Shown here in pieces: positions 10,627-20,369 of a DNA stretch of 64,000 bases. This stretch comes from an uncultured Acidimicrobiales bacterium. Its GTDB lineage: Bacteria; Actinomycetota; Acidimicrobiia; Acidimicrobiales; VFJN01. Position 1 is the stretch's first letter; every line of letters begins with the position of its first letter. The stretch lies in contig CAWJFG010000020.1 in assembly GCA_963842015.1 (NCBI GenBank), positions 5,424-69,423 of the forward strand. The letters run 5' to 3'. A model generated the notes under the pieces. It saw nothing but the letters and a program-made list of their open reading frames with translations, was not told the DNA's origin and made no database searches. A program made the position numbers and the translations under genes.

Positions 10627-13600
10627 TCACGAGCGGCGGCAGCGGTCGACGTGCAGGTACTGCCGGCACTCGTCGTCGGTGAGGTTCCGCGTCAACCGGC
10701 CGGTGGCGATGTCGATCAGGTCGTCGAGGTCGACCGCCCACACCCGGGCGGTGCCGTCGGGGCCGGCCGACACCAGCCGAGCGCCGTCCGGGCTGAACGC
10801 AACGGTTTCAGCCGGGCCCGTGTGCCCCCGCATGACGACGAGCTGGGCCCCCGTCGTCGCCGACCACAGTCGCACCGTGCCGTCCTGTCCGGCCGACGCC
10901 ACGGTCGTCCCGTCGGGGCTGAACGTGACGTCGAACACCGGCGACCGGTGGCCGGACAGGGTCGCCAGGCGGCGTCCGCTCTCCGCATCCCACACCCCGG
11001 CGCCGAAGGACGTCGAGAGAGTCGCGGCGATCCGCGTCCCGGTCGGATCGAACACCGCGTGGTCCGCAGGGATGGCGAAGTTGTCGACGATCTCCTCCGC
11101 CTCCCAGTCCCAGATGTGCACGGCCGTGAGGCTGGGGTCCGCCCGCTCGATGCTCGATCGGGCCGTCATGAGACGCTTGCCGTCGGCGCTGAAGCTGACC
11201 GATTTCGGCGCCACGCCCGCTTCGTCGCGCAGCACCACCACGTCCTCGCCCGACCGGTCGACGATCTGCACCACGCCTCCGTCCTCCTCGTCGACGCCGG
11301 CGATCGCCAGAAGCTCGCCGTCGGGGCTCCACGCCGCGTGGAAGATCCACGCGTCCGGGCCGGCCGTGAACACCTCCTCGCCGGTGCGGGCGTCCCACAC
11401 CCGCACGGGGCCAGAGGTGCTCGAGCTCGCGAAGAGCTGGCCGTCCGGGCTCGTCTCGATCACGACCGCGTCGACGTCGAACGGGTCCTCGCCAGGTCGG
11501 GCCTCGCCCACGGTGCGAATCGCCTCGCCGGTGGTCGCGTCCCATTCGGTGAGCTGGCCGTCGGCGGCGGTGGCGATCACGGTGCCCCCGCCGGGTGTGA
11601 ACGCGGCCGTGGCCGCGTAGCCCTCGGTGGTCGGCAGCTTGGCCCACTCGGCGCCGCCCGAGGTGCGGACATCCCAGATGCTCGCCGCCGAGATGTCCCA
11701 GCCCCCGCTCAGCAGACGCTCGTCGTCCGGCGAGAAGGCCACCGCGCCGCCACCGCCCGGAATCGTGAGGATCTCGCGCGCGCCGGGTCCGACGAGCTCC
11801 CACACGCGTGCCGTCCCGTCCTCGCTGCCGGTCGCGAGCACGCCGGCGTCCGAGCCCCAATCCAGGCTGGCCACCCGGCCGGTGTGGCTGCCGAGCAGCG
11901 TCTGCGGGACGCCCGTGTCCGCGTTCCAGATCCGGACCGTCGTGTCCTCGCTCGCGGTCGCGAGGCGTTCACCGTCGGGGCTCCACACGATGTCCATCAG
12001 CGCTCGGTCATGGCCCTCGAGGAGCGCCAGCTCGCCGCCGGTGGTCGCGTCGACGACGACCCCGACGTCGGACGCGATCGCGAGCCGGGTGCCGTCGGGG
12101 TCGAACGCCGTGGCGTTGGCCCACATCGGGACCTCGAGCACGGTCGTGCCGGTGGTCAGGTCGAGCACGCGCACCACCTCCTCGTCGGACCACGCGGCCG
12201 CGAGGCGGGAGCCGTCGGGGCTGAACGACGGACCCCACACCTGTCCGGATCCCTCCAAGGTTGCGAGCTCCTCGCCGGTCGAGGGGTCCCAGACCCGCGC
12301 CGCCCCGTCGTCGCCGGTGGTGGCCAGCATCGACCCGTCGGCGCTGAACGCGACGTCGTTCACGTCGATCTCGTGGCCGGTGAAGGCAAGGACGGACTCG
12401 CCCGTGCGTGCGTCGCGGACGTCGACCAGCCCGGTCTCCTCGGGGCCCTCGGTCACGAACACCGACCCGTCGGGGCTCCAGTCGAGATTCCCCCCGAGGT
12501 CGGGCACCCGCAGGATGATGCGCGACGCTCCCACGGCGCGGTGGAGGGCGTCCTCCGCCTCGGGCAGCGCCGACCCGTCGTCGCCGCGAGTCCGGTCGAT
12601 CGCCTCGAGCGCCAGCAGCACGCTGCGCTCGGGGTCCTCGTCGAGGCTGGCGACCGAGGCCGCCGCCAGCTCACGGGCGACCGCGACCCGCTCCTCGTCC
12701 TGTGCCCGCCCTCGCTGGTCGAGGGCGAGCACGCCGCCGACGAGGGCGACGACGAGGGTGATCGCCAGTGCCACCAACTGCACCCGCAGCCGCCGGTTGG
12801 CTCGGGCCTGGCGGGCCACGCGGTCGGCCTCGCGGTCCCGCTCCTCGTCGTGGGCGGCCCGGCTGGTGTCGAGGAACTCGCGGGCGGGTTCCGGAAGGGT
12901 GTCGACCCGGCCGTCGACCTGGGCCAACGCGGCATCGAGGCGCGACCCGCGGTAGAGCGCCCCCGGGTCCCGGTCGAGCGCGTCCCACCCGGCGGCGGCC
13001 TCGCGAAGCTGGCCGACGGCGACGAGTGCGCCGCGGTCCTCTTCGATCCACGCTCGCAGCCGCGGCCAGGCCCGGACCAACGCCTCGTGCGCGATCTCGA
13101 CCGTGGGCTCGCGCGTCCCGGCGTGGCGGTCGTGGGCGAGCAGGCGGGCCGCGGCCCACACCTCCACCACGTCGTCGACGGAGCTTCCGAGCGACAGCGA
13201 CGACAGCTCGGCGCGGCGCGCTCGCCGCCGCGTCGGCTCGCCTTCGGTGCCGACGACGACGAGCTGCTCGAACAGGCGGCGGACCGTGGCTCGGTCCTCG
13301 TCGTCCAGGGACGTGTAGAGCGCCTCGGCCCGGGCGGCGACCGCCCCGCCCACGCCGCCCAGCGCCTCGTACGCCGCCAGCGTGAGCGGCCCGCCCGCGG
13401 CGTGCTCGGCCAGCTCGTAGAGGGTGAACTGCAGCGACGGCAGCGCGGCCGGCTCGTCGACCACCGCCACGATGAGCTCGGCGACGAGCTGCGGTTCGAC
13501 CACGACGCCGACCCGGGCCGCCGGTCTCACGATCGCCGCCTCGAGCTCGGCGGCGGTCATCGCCGGTACGGGCAGCGTGGCGTCGCGCATCGCGGACCCG

Positions 13601-15651
13601 ATGGGCTGGAAGCGGAGGGGCCGGTCGTAGAGGTCGGCCCGCAGGGTGGCGACGACCCGCAGGCGGCTGTCGTCGGCGGTCACCGCGACCATGAGGGCGG
13701 CGAGGAAGCGGCGTTGGACGTCCTCGTCGGCCAGCGTGAACAGCTCCTCGAGCTGATCGACGACGAGCAGCAGCTGCCCGCCCTCGGGCACGACGCGGCG
13801 CAGCACACGGTCGAGCCCGTGGGCGTCTGCGGCCAGCTCGTCCGCCAGATCGCCGGTGGGAGTCGGAGATCCGTTCGTCGACGCCGGTGTGGTGGCGACC
13901 CGTGCCAGCGCCTCGGCCAGCTCCTTGAAGGGCGCGTCGCCGGGTACCGTCGTCGTCACGTACCACTGCCGGGAGCTGGGGACGTCGCCCGCTCGAACGC
14001 GGGGGAGAAGGCCGGCGCGGACCACGCTCGACTTCCCGCTGCCCGACGCGCCCACGACGACGATCAGCCGCGAGGCGACACCGTCGCCGCCGAGCCGCCG
14101 CAGCATCTCGTCGACGAGCGCCGTGCGGCCGAAGAAGTCGGCGGCGTCGGACTCGTCGAACGCCCGGAGGGCCTTGTACGGGTTGGGCCGCTCGGCGCGG
14201 CGCGTCGCGGGGTCGACCTCGTCGGTCGCGTCCAGGCTCACGAGCAGCCGCGACACGAGGTCCGCCATCGGGGGCGGCTCGACACCGTCGAGGGAGGTGG
14301 CGAGGACGGGCGCGACCGACGGCGGTGCTCCGGTGACCTCGCCGCCGATCGGCCGGTTCCCGGTGAGCGCCTCGCCGACGAGCGCGGCGAACGCCCGGGC
14401 GTCGTCGGCCGGCCCACCTGCGGGGTCGCCGAGCGCGAAGTCGCCCACGTACGGCGTCCCGGCGTCGTCGAAGAACACGCTCTCGGGCCCGACCCGGCCG
14501 TGGACGACGCCCTGCTCGGCCGCGGCCGCGAGCGCACCGCCGACCCGCGCCGCGAGGGTCGCGACCTCCGGAGCGGGGAGCGGACCCTCGTCGAGGCGGT
14601 CGCGGAGCGTGCCGCCGCCCATGCGGCGCATCACGACGTAGGCCGCCCCGGGCTCGCGCCAGTGGTCGTGGATCGGAACGATCGCCTCGTGCCGCAGCGC
14701 GGCGACCCGGCGAACCCCCGTGTCGAACGACCGGACGACGTCGGGTCGATCCGCGATGTCGGCGGGGGAGATCCGGATCGCGAGGTCGCGGCGGACGCCC
14801 GGCAGCCGAGCCGCGTGGACCGTCCCGTCGCGCCCGGTGCCGAGCCGCGCACCGAGCCGGTACCCGCGCAGTTGCCGCCCGGCGGGTTCGGTGACCCGAA
14901 GGTCCTCGTCGTGGTCCAGGATCTTGCCTTCGAGCTCGACGAGGTCGGGGGACGGCTCGAGGCCGACCTCCTCAGCAAGCACCTGGCGGTACTGCCGGGC
15001 CACCCGCAGCGCCTCGACCTGCCGGCCACTGCGGTAGAGGGCGATCATCAGCCTCGTCCGGAACGCCTCGCGCAGCGGGTCCTCGGCGACGAGCGACTCC
15101 AGCGGGGACACCAGCTCGACCGCGTGGCCACACGCGAGCTCCGCGTCGATCAGGAGCTCGTGGGTGACGAGCCGGAGCTCGCCGAGGCGCTGGGCCTCGG
15201 GTCGGGCCCAGTCCTCGTCCGCGAACTCGGCGTAGGCGTCGCCGCCCCACAGGTCGAGCGCCTGCTTGAGGGCTGCGGCAGCCCCCACGGCGTCGTCGTC
15301 ACGCGCTCGCGCCCGGCCGTCGCCGAGCAGTCGCTCGAAGCGGGCGGAATCGAGCGCCTCGTCGGTGACCAGGAGCGAGTATCCGGGGGCTCGGGTCGTC
15401 AGCGCCGGCTCGGCGGCCCCGCCGTCGGCGAGCGCCCGGCGCAACCGCGCGACGTAGCTGCGCAGCGTCGTGGCGGCCGCCGCGGTCGGGACCCCGGCGA
15501 AAACCGCCTCGGCGAGCCGGTCGGTGGACACGACCCCGTTGCGGTGGAGGACCAGCGCGGCGAGCAGCCGCCGCTGGCGAGGCCCACCGATGTCGACCTC
15601 CCCGCCGTCGCCGACCGCGCGCACTGCACCCAATACGTGGAACTCGACCAT
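10627..15651 (-). CDS. AfsR/SARP-type regulator: wHTH-BTAD, degenerate kinase, STAND NTPase, WD40 repeats
   Basis: 'LRSYVARLRR', 'PLREA..LMIALYRSGRQVEAL', 'NPYKALRAF', Walker A 'GASGSGKSS', Walker B 'LLVVDQLEELF', many 'GH...WD' repeats. Confidence 0.9.
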   Translation of the reverse strand: MVEFHVLGAVRAVGDGGEVDIGGPRQRRLLAALVLHRNGVVSTDRLAEAVFAGVPTAAAATTLRSYVARLRRALADGGAAEPALTTRAPGYSLLVTDEALDSARFERLLGDGRARARDDDAVGAAAALKQALDLWGGDAYAEFADEDWARPEAQRLGELRLVTHELLIDAELACGHAVELVSPLESLVAEDPLREAFRTRLMIALYRSGRQVEALRVARQYRQVLAEEVGLEPSPDLVELEGKILDHDEDLRVTEPAGRQLRGYRLGARLGTGRDGTVHAARLPGVRRDLAIRISPADIADRPDVVRSFDTGVRRVAALRHEAIVPIHDHWREPGAAYVVMRRMGGGTLRDRLDEGPLPAPEVATLAARVGGALAAAAEQGVVHGRVGPESVFFDDAGTPYVGDFALGDPAGGPADDARAFAALVGEALTGNRPIGGEVTGAPPSVAPVLATSLDGVEPPPMADLVSRLLVSLDATDEVDPATRRAERPNPYKALRAFDESDAADFFGRTALVDEMLRRLGGDGVASRLIVVVGASGSGKSSVVRAGLLPRVRAGDVPSSRQWYVTTTVPGDAPFKELAEALARVATTPASTNGSPTPTGDLADELAADAHGLDRVLRRVVPEGGQLLLVVDQLEELFTLADEDVQRRFLAALMVAVTADDSRLRVVATLRADLYDRPLRFQPIGSAMRDATLPVPAMTAAELEAAIVRPAARVGVVVEPQLVAELIVAVVDEPAALPSLQFTLYELAEHAAGGPLTLAAYEALGGVGGAVAARAEALYTSLDDEDRATVRRLFEQLVVVGTEGEPTRRRARRAELSSLSLGSSVDDVVEVWAAARLLAHDRHAGTREPTVEIAHEALVRAWPRLRAWIEEDRGALVAVGQLREAAAGWDALDRDPGALYRGSRLDAALAQVDGRVDTLPEPAREFLDTSRAAHDEERDREADRVARQARANRRLRVQLVALAITLVVALVGGVLALDQRGRAQDEERVAVARELAAASVASLDEDPERSVLLALEAIDRTRGDDGSALPEAEDALHRAVGASRIILRVPDLGGNLDWSPDGSVFVTEGPEETGLVDVRDARTGESVLAFTGHEIDVNDVAFSADGSMLATTGDDGAARVWDPSTGEELATLEGSGQVWGPSFSPDGSRLAAAWSDEEVVRVLDLTTGTTVLEVPMWANATAFDPDGTRLAIASDVGVVVDATTGGELALLEGHDRALMDIVWSPDGERLATASEDTTVRIWNADTGVPQTLLGSHTGRVASLDWGSDAGVLATGSEDGTARVWELVGPGAREILTIPGGGGAVAFSPDDERLLSGGWDISAASIWDVRTSGGAEWAKLPTTEGYAATAAFTPGGGTVIATAADGQLTEWDATTGEAIRTVGEARPGEDPFDVDAVVIETSPDGQLFASSSTSGPVRVWDARTGEEVFTAGPDAWIFHAAWSPDGELLAIAGVDEEDGGVVQIVDRSGEDVVVLRDEAGVAPKSVSFSADGKRLMTARSSIERADPSLTAVHIWDWEAEEIVDNFAIPADHAVFDPTGTRIAATLSTSFGAGVWDAESGRRLATLSGHRSPVFDVTFSPDGTTVASAGQDGTVRLWSATTGAQLVVMRGHTGPAETVAFSPDGARLVSAGPDGTARVWAVDLDDLIDIATGRLTRNLTDDECRQYLHVDRCRRS

Positions 15652-15676
15652 TGCCCGCCTCCGCTCGCCCGTGCGT

Positions 15677-15752
15677 CGTGCAACCCCGTCCGCCAGAACG
15701 GGGTTGCACGCCGATGCCATCCTGCGCCTGCCCTGTGGCAATCCCGTGGCAA
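15677..15752 (-). promoter_or_regulatory. 13-bp perfect inverted repeat plus TGCCAC-N5-TGCCAC direct repeat upstream of the STAND gene
   Basis: CGTGCAACCCCGT (15677-15689) / ACGGGGTTGCACG (15698-15710); GTGGCAATCCCGTGGCA (15735-15751). Confidence 0.5.
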
Positions 15753-15938
15753 CAGTAGATGCCCAGGTGAGGCGGCACCTCGAGAAGCCGCGAGCAGACG
15801 CCGCGGCGGCGTGGGCGTCAGACCGCCGCCTTGACTTCCGATCCGGCGGTGGGGGGCAGTGTCAGCCGGACACGCGGAGGTCGGCGATCACCTGGTCCAC
15901 GACTCCGGGTCCGTCCCCCGGGGTCGCATCAGCCGGGA

Positions 15939-16532
15939 CTAGGCGGGGGCGCCTCGCCGGGTTCGGGCGGCGAGGTGGGCGATGCCGAGCACGATGCCGG
16001 CCCCGAGGAGCAGGATGGCCGTGAGCCCGGTGACCATCGCGATGAGCCAGCCGCCCTCGGGTAGTTCGCCGGTGGCGGTGGTTATGGCGATCAGCGCGGC
16101 CAGCAGACCGGCGCCGCCGGCCAGGAGCTTCCACCAGTGATCGGTCGCCGGGCGGGGTCGGGTGAGCGGGCGGGCCCGGTGCCTGGCGAGCAACCCCAGC
16201 CATCCGGCGGTGACCCCGACGGCGATGCAGGCCAGCAGAACGAGGGGATGTCCGACGGTTGCCCCGACGATGACGGCGCTGAGTGCGAGCGCGCCGAACA
16301 GTGCGGGGACGACGGGGGTCGGTGCGCGGTCCATGTGGGCCTCCAGGTGTCGGGTGGGAAGGGTGAGGGCGAGGTCGACGGCGCTGCGGGCCAGCACGCG
16401 CCCGGTGGGTTCGTCGCGGAGCTGGTCGGCAACGAGCGCGACGAGGTCGGGGCCGTACTCCTCGCGAAACCGCTCGGGGTAGAGGCGGACGAGCAGCCGG
16501 TAGACCCGGAGCGTGCGCGGGGGTGTGGTCAT
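15939..16532 (-). CDS. PadR-associated membrane protein
   Basis: 'YRLLVRLYPERFREEYG' N-terminus then TM helices; coupled to the PadR stop. Confidence 0.7.
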   Translation of the reverse strand: MTTPPRTLRVYRLLVRLYPERFREEYGPDLVALVADQLRDEPTGRVLARSAVDLALTLPTRHLEAHMDRAPTPVVPALFGALALSAVIVGATVGHPLVLLACIAVGVTAGWLGLLARHRARPLTRPRPATDHWWKLLAGGAGLLAALIAITTATGELPEGGWLIAMVTGLTAILLLGAGIVLGIAHLAARTRRGAPA

Positions 16533-16867
16533 GCCGGTGCTCCGCCGGGCAGGTGACCGGCGGTCCGGTGCACGAGGGTGTGGAGCCGGGTGAGCTCGTC
16601 GACCGCGACGAGGCGACCGTTGCGGGTGAGCTCGTAGTAGCGGCGCCGTTCGTTGTCGCCGCGGGGCGACCGGTCGGTGGTCTCCTGGATGAGACCGGTG
16701 TCGACGAGGCGGTTGAGCGTGCCGTAGAGCGTGCCGGGGCCCATGCGGACGGCGCCGTCGCTGAGCTCCTCGACGCGGCGCATGAGGGCGTAGCCGTGGA
16801 GCTCGCCATCGAGGAGGGCGAGCACGATGTGCAGCGACGCTGCGGGGAGCGGCTTCGGTCGGGTCAC
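16529..16867 (-). CDS. PadR-family regulator
   Basis: 'HGYALMRRV..MGPGTLYGTLNRL..RRRYYELT'; upstream palindrome TATCGAACTTCGATA. Confidence 0.85.
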   Translation of the reverse strand: MTRPKPLPAASLHIVLALLDGELHGYALMRRVEELSDGAVRMGPGTLYGTLNRLVDTGLIQETTDRSPRGDNERRRYYELTRNGRLVAVDELTRLHTLVHRTAGHLPGGAPA

Positions 16868-17202
16868 GCTCGAATTCTGATATATCGAACTTCGATAGTC
16901 AAGCGTAGCGGGCACCGCACACCCGCCGGGTTCACCGCCGCATTCAACTCCTGACCACCATCGTGGTGACCGTCTGCCGCGGACCCCGGCCACTCCCAGC
17001 TGGGCTTCCACTGACAGCGCAAACGACAATGTGCATCGCCTCCGTGCGTTGTCGGGCCGCTCGTCGACATCGAATGTCAGCGAACAGTTGCGTTGGATGG
17101 CACCTCGGACAGGTGGCGGTAGCGAGCGTTCTGTGACCGTCGCCTGGCAACACGGACGTGCCCGGATCACGGCAACCGGACGGCAGTGGTTGACTTCCGG
17201 TC

Positions 17203-18057
17203 GTGAACGACTTGCCCGCCGTCGACATGCTGTGGGAGTCGGCAGACCCCAGCCAGGAGCTCATGAGGCGCTTCGGGTTCCGTGACAGTGCCTGCGCCGC
17301 CGAGTGGGTCGCTGACGTGCTCGAGCGGTACTGGGAGCTCGACGTGGTGCGCTGTGACCGTCTCGTGATCAGCGGCCGGAACGTGATGGCGTGGGTTCTG
17401 GCGGGAGGCCGGCCCGTCATCGCGAAGTGGTCGTCGCTGCCACACCGCTTCGCACACCTCGAGGACGCCGCGCACTTGGTGGCGTGGCTCGACACCCAGG
17501 CGGTACCTGTCGCCGCTCCTATCGCGGCGACTGACGGCCGCCTGTTGGTCGAGCTCGGCAACGACGCGAGGGGGCGGCTCAGGTCCCGGCTGCCTCTGCC
17601 GGGCAGCCGGTTCCTTGTCGGAGTTCTTCCGGTTGTCGAGGGTGACCTTCTCGCTGTCGATGACCCCGGACAAGTCGAGGACGCGGGCCGGATGCTGGCG
17701 ACGATGCATCAAGCCCTCGCTGCCTATCCAGGGCAGGCCGGCCGTCGTGGCCGAGGAGCGCATACGCAGCTCCTGCACAACGACTTCCGCTCAGCGAACA
17801 TCCTCCATGACGGAGCCAAGATCTCGGCCGTGCTGGACTTCGAAGAGATCACGTGCGACACGCGGGTCGCCGACATCGCCAAGTCAGCCGTGCTCCTCGC
17901 CACCCGCTACCGGGACTGGGGACCGACCAGCGAGAGCGTCCGAACTGCCTACGTGAACGCGTACGATCGCCATGCTCGCGACCCGCTGACCACCTCAGAA
18001 CGACATGAACTCGACGCACGCATAGCCGCTCATCTGAAGACCTTCGGGTGGGCGTAG
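17203..18057 (+). CDS. Phosphotransferase (APH / homoserine kinase type II-like)
   Basis: 'LLHNDFRSANIL', 'VLDFE'. Confidence 0.8.
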   Translation: MNDLPAVDMLWESADPSQELMRRFGFRDSACAAEWVADVLERYWELDVVRCDRLVISGRNVMAWVLAGGRPVIAKWSSLPHRFAHLEDAAHLVAWLDTQAVPVAAPIAATDGRLLVELGNDARGRLRSRLPLPGSRFLVGVLPVVEGDLLAVDDPGQVEDAGRMLATMHQALAAYPGQAGRRGRGAHTQLLHNDFRSANILHDGAKISAVLDFEEITCDTRVADIAKSAVLLATRYRDWGPTSESVRTAYVNAYDRHARDPLTTSERHELDARIAAHLKTFGWA

Positions 18058-18409
18058 GCGAGGACGCTCCTGGTTCAGATGCCGTCGCTTCCCCTGCGAC
18101 TCTCGCGCCTCAGCGCCGCGCCACCCGGTCTGACGTATGAAGCCGGGTGCTGACCGTTGCTTGCGAGGGAGGCACGGCCGGCCGGTGCGTCGGATGCAGA
18201 CCTGTCCGTCAGTGGCTGAGGTTTTCGGTGACAGACGCTGTCAGCGAAGGATCGTTCGCCGGCGTACGTAGCTCGCGGCCCGCGGCGTGAACTGCTCGCC
18301 GGAGCGGTCGCGACGTAACCCCGACTCAGGTATTCGGCTTTCTCGGCGGAGGGACGAGCCCGAGGCCTACTGGATGCGTTTCCCGCGGCCCGCTAGTACG
18401 GACGGTGAG

Positions 18410-18436
18410 TGTCACAGGCAGCAGGCCTGTCGCGTC
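18410..18436 (+). promoter_or_regulatory. ECF41-type promoter TGTCACA-N16-CGTC
   Basis: Exact consensus upstream of the mini-epimerase / ECF41 copy 2. Confidence 0.75.
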
Positions 18437-18479
18437 TCCAGTGGTGTCCGCCCGAGGCGGACCGTGAAGGAGGCATCCG

Positions 18480-18575
18480 ATGAAGGTATTCGTCCCCGGA
18501 GCGACCGGTGCGTCGGCAACCGGCTCCCGCTGGCCGACGTGGCGCCTCGGCTTCGCCAAGGGGCTGGACGAGTGA
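18480..18575 (+). pseudogene. Internally deleted epimerase (31 aa)
   Basis: MKVFVPGATG-ASATGS-RWPTWRLGFAKGLDE* joins the N- and C-termini of the epimerases at 1498-2455 and 47994-48959. Confidence 0.75.
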
Positions 18576-19543
18576 ACGCCCGCCTAGACGCCCAGCTCAT
18601 CGAGGAGCTGCGCCCCGTCGGGTTCGCGGTCGCCTACCGAATGCTCGGCAGCGTGAGCGAGGCCGAGGACATCGTCCAGGAGGCGCTCCTGCGTGTCCAC
18701 AACACGCTCGCCCGCGGCGAGCGGATCGAGTCACCCCGCGCCTACCTCGCGACGGTGGTCACCCGGCTGTGCATCGGCCACCTGCGCTCGGCCCGCCACC
18801 GGCGCGAGGCCTACGTCGAGGCCCTGCCCGAACCACTCGTCGGCGACCTGCCGGCCGACCCGACCGGTGGCGGCGACCCGGCCGGCCGCGCCGAGGTGGC
18901 CGACTCGTTGTCGCTGGCGTTCCTCGTGCTGCTCGAGAGCCTGTCGCCGGAGCAGCGGGCGGCGTTCCTGTTGCGCGAGGTGTTCGACTACCCCTACGAC
19001 CGGATCGCCGCGATCGTGGCGACCAGCGAGGACAACGCCCGCCAGCTCGTGGCCCGGGCGCGGCGGCACGTCGAGCAGCGACGGCCCCGCTTCGAGCCGT
19101 CACGGGAGCGCCGCGAGCGGCTGGCCCGGCGGTTCTTCGCCGCCGTCGAGGACGGCGACCTCGGCGGGCTCGAGGAGCTCCTGGCCCACGACGTGACCCT
19201 GCACGGCGGGGGCCTGCCCCGGCCGGTCACGGGCCGCGTGCGGGCGGCCCGCACCCTGCGGGCCGGGATGCGGATCGCCCAGGCCCGCCTCGGCGGCGTC
19301 TCGCTGCGCCAGGCCTGGGTCAACGGGCAGCCCGGAGCGATGATCCTCGACCCCTCCGAACGGCTGATCGGCGTCATCGCCCTCGACATCACCGAGGGCG
19401 GCCGGATCCAGGCCATCACCTCGGTGAGCGACCCCGACAAGCTCCGGCACCTGGGCCCGCTGGCCGACCTCAGCCCCCTCGGCCGCCACGGCCACCACGG
19501 CCGCCCCGGCGACGAGCCAGGGCCGGCACACCCGCCGGCCTGA
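18572..19543 (+). CDS. ECF41 (SigJ-like) sigma factor, copy 2; open frame
   Basis: 'AYRMLGSVSEAEDIVQEA', 'LPEP', 'VNGQPG', 'DPDKLRHL'; GTG overlaps the upstream stop. Confidence 0.85.
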   Translation: MNARLDAQLIEELRPVGFAVAYRMLGSVSEAEDIVQEALLRVHNTLARGERIESPRAYLATVVTRLCIGHLRSARHRREAYVEALPEPLVGDLPADPTGGGDPAGRAEVADSLSLAFLVLLESLSPEQRAAFLLREVFDYPYDRIAAIVATSEDNARQLVARARRHVEQRRPRFEPSRERRERLARRFFAAVEDGDLGGLEELLAHDVTLHGGGLPRPVTGRVRAARTLRAGMRIAQARLGGVSLRQAWVNGQPGAMILDPSERLIGVIALDITEGGRIQAITSVSDPDKLRHLGPLADLSPLGRHGHHGRPGDEPGPAHPPA

Positions 19544-19616
19544 ACACGACCCCACAACCCCCATCACCACTCCGGCCCCCGAGGCCGGAGTCCCGAGCGA
19601 CCCCGGAGAAGGGCTC

Positions 19617-20000
19617 ATGAACATCACGCTGTGGATGATCACCGGCCTGCTGGCCACTGTCTTCGCCGCCGGCGGCATCGCCAAGCTGGCCGTCCCCAAG
19701 GACAAGATCGCCACCGCCCCCGGCGGGCAGTGGGTCGACGGGTTCAGCCCAGGTGCCGTCAAGGCCCTCGGCGCCCTCGACCTCCTGGCCGCCGCGGGCC
19801 TGGTCCTGCCGGCCGCGCTCGACATCGCACCGGTCCTGGTCCCGCTGGCTGCCGTCGGCATCGTGTTGCTGATGGCCGGCGCGGTGATCACACGCCTCCG
19901 CCACGGCGGGACCAAGGCCATCGCGATCGACACGGCCTACCTCGCCATAGCCGCCGTCGTGGCGGTGGCACGCTTCGGCCCCGAGTCCTTCGGGAGCTGA
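19617..20000 (+). CDS. DoxX-family membrane protein
   Basis: 'MNITLWMITGLLA..GGIAKL..LGALDLLAAAGLVLP'. Confidence 0.85.
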   Translation: MNITLWMITGLLATVFAAGGIAKLAVPKDKIATAPGGQWVDGFSPGAVKALGALDLLAAAGLVLPAALDIAPVLVPLAAVGIVLLMAGAVITRLRHGGTKAIAIDTAYLAIAAVVAVARFGPESFGS

Positions 20001-20120
20001 CCGACAGGCGCCGGGGACGGTGCTGGCCGGTTCGAGCGGTCCGGTCCGTAGAGCGCGGACATAAACCGAGGTCTACCGAGGGATCTGGTGGCTCCCCACT
20101 TACGACAAGGACCAAGGAGC

Positions 20121-20198
20121 CCGCAACGACGGATGGCCATCAGTCGTGACTCGGGGCTCCGGCCAGACCGAGTAGGGCGTCGAGCTCGTTGCAGACGG
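20121..20198. repeat. 78-bp direct repeat, copy 1 (copy 2 at 22441-22518)
   Basis: 7 mismatches in 78 bp by manual alignment. Confidence 0.8.
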
Positions 20199-20214
20199 CT
20201 CGCTCACCTGGTCA

Positions 20215-20305
20215 CGATCGGTCCCGGCCTTCCCATCGATCAACTCTCTGACGATGTCGGCATGACCCGCGTGCTGGGCGGTCTCGGCGACGGCCCGCTG
20301 ATCTA
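20215..20305 (-). pseudogene. DinB/DUF664-like C-terminal fragment
   Basis: 'AETAQHAGHADIVRELIDG'. Confidence 0.6.
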
Positions 20306-20369
20306 GTGTCATGCCAGTTCAGCGGGCCTTGGTGCCTCGAACTGCGTGACCGGAGGAGTCGATGCCGGG

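Noticed and set aside
10651-15834. 1727-aa plus-strand ORF and other long antisense ORFs (e.g. 61107-63755, 57757-59601)
   Set aside because: Shadow frames of real genes in high-GC DNA, with no recognisable motifs.
17006-18260. Very degenerate end-like sequences at ~17006-17085 and ~18221-18258 (also ~2554-2574 and ~26155-26190)
   Set aside because: Only partial matches (CTGACAG..AAACGACA, TGTCAGCGAA); possibly old remnants but too weak to list as features.
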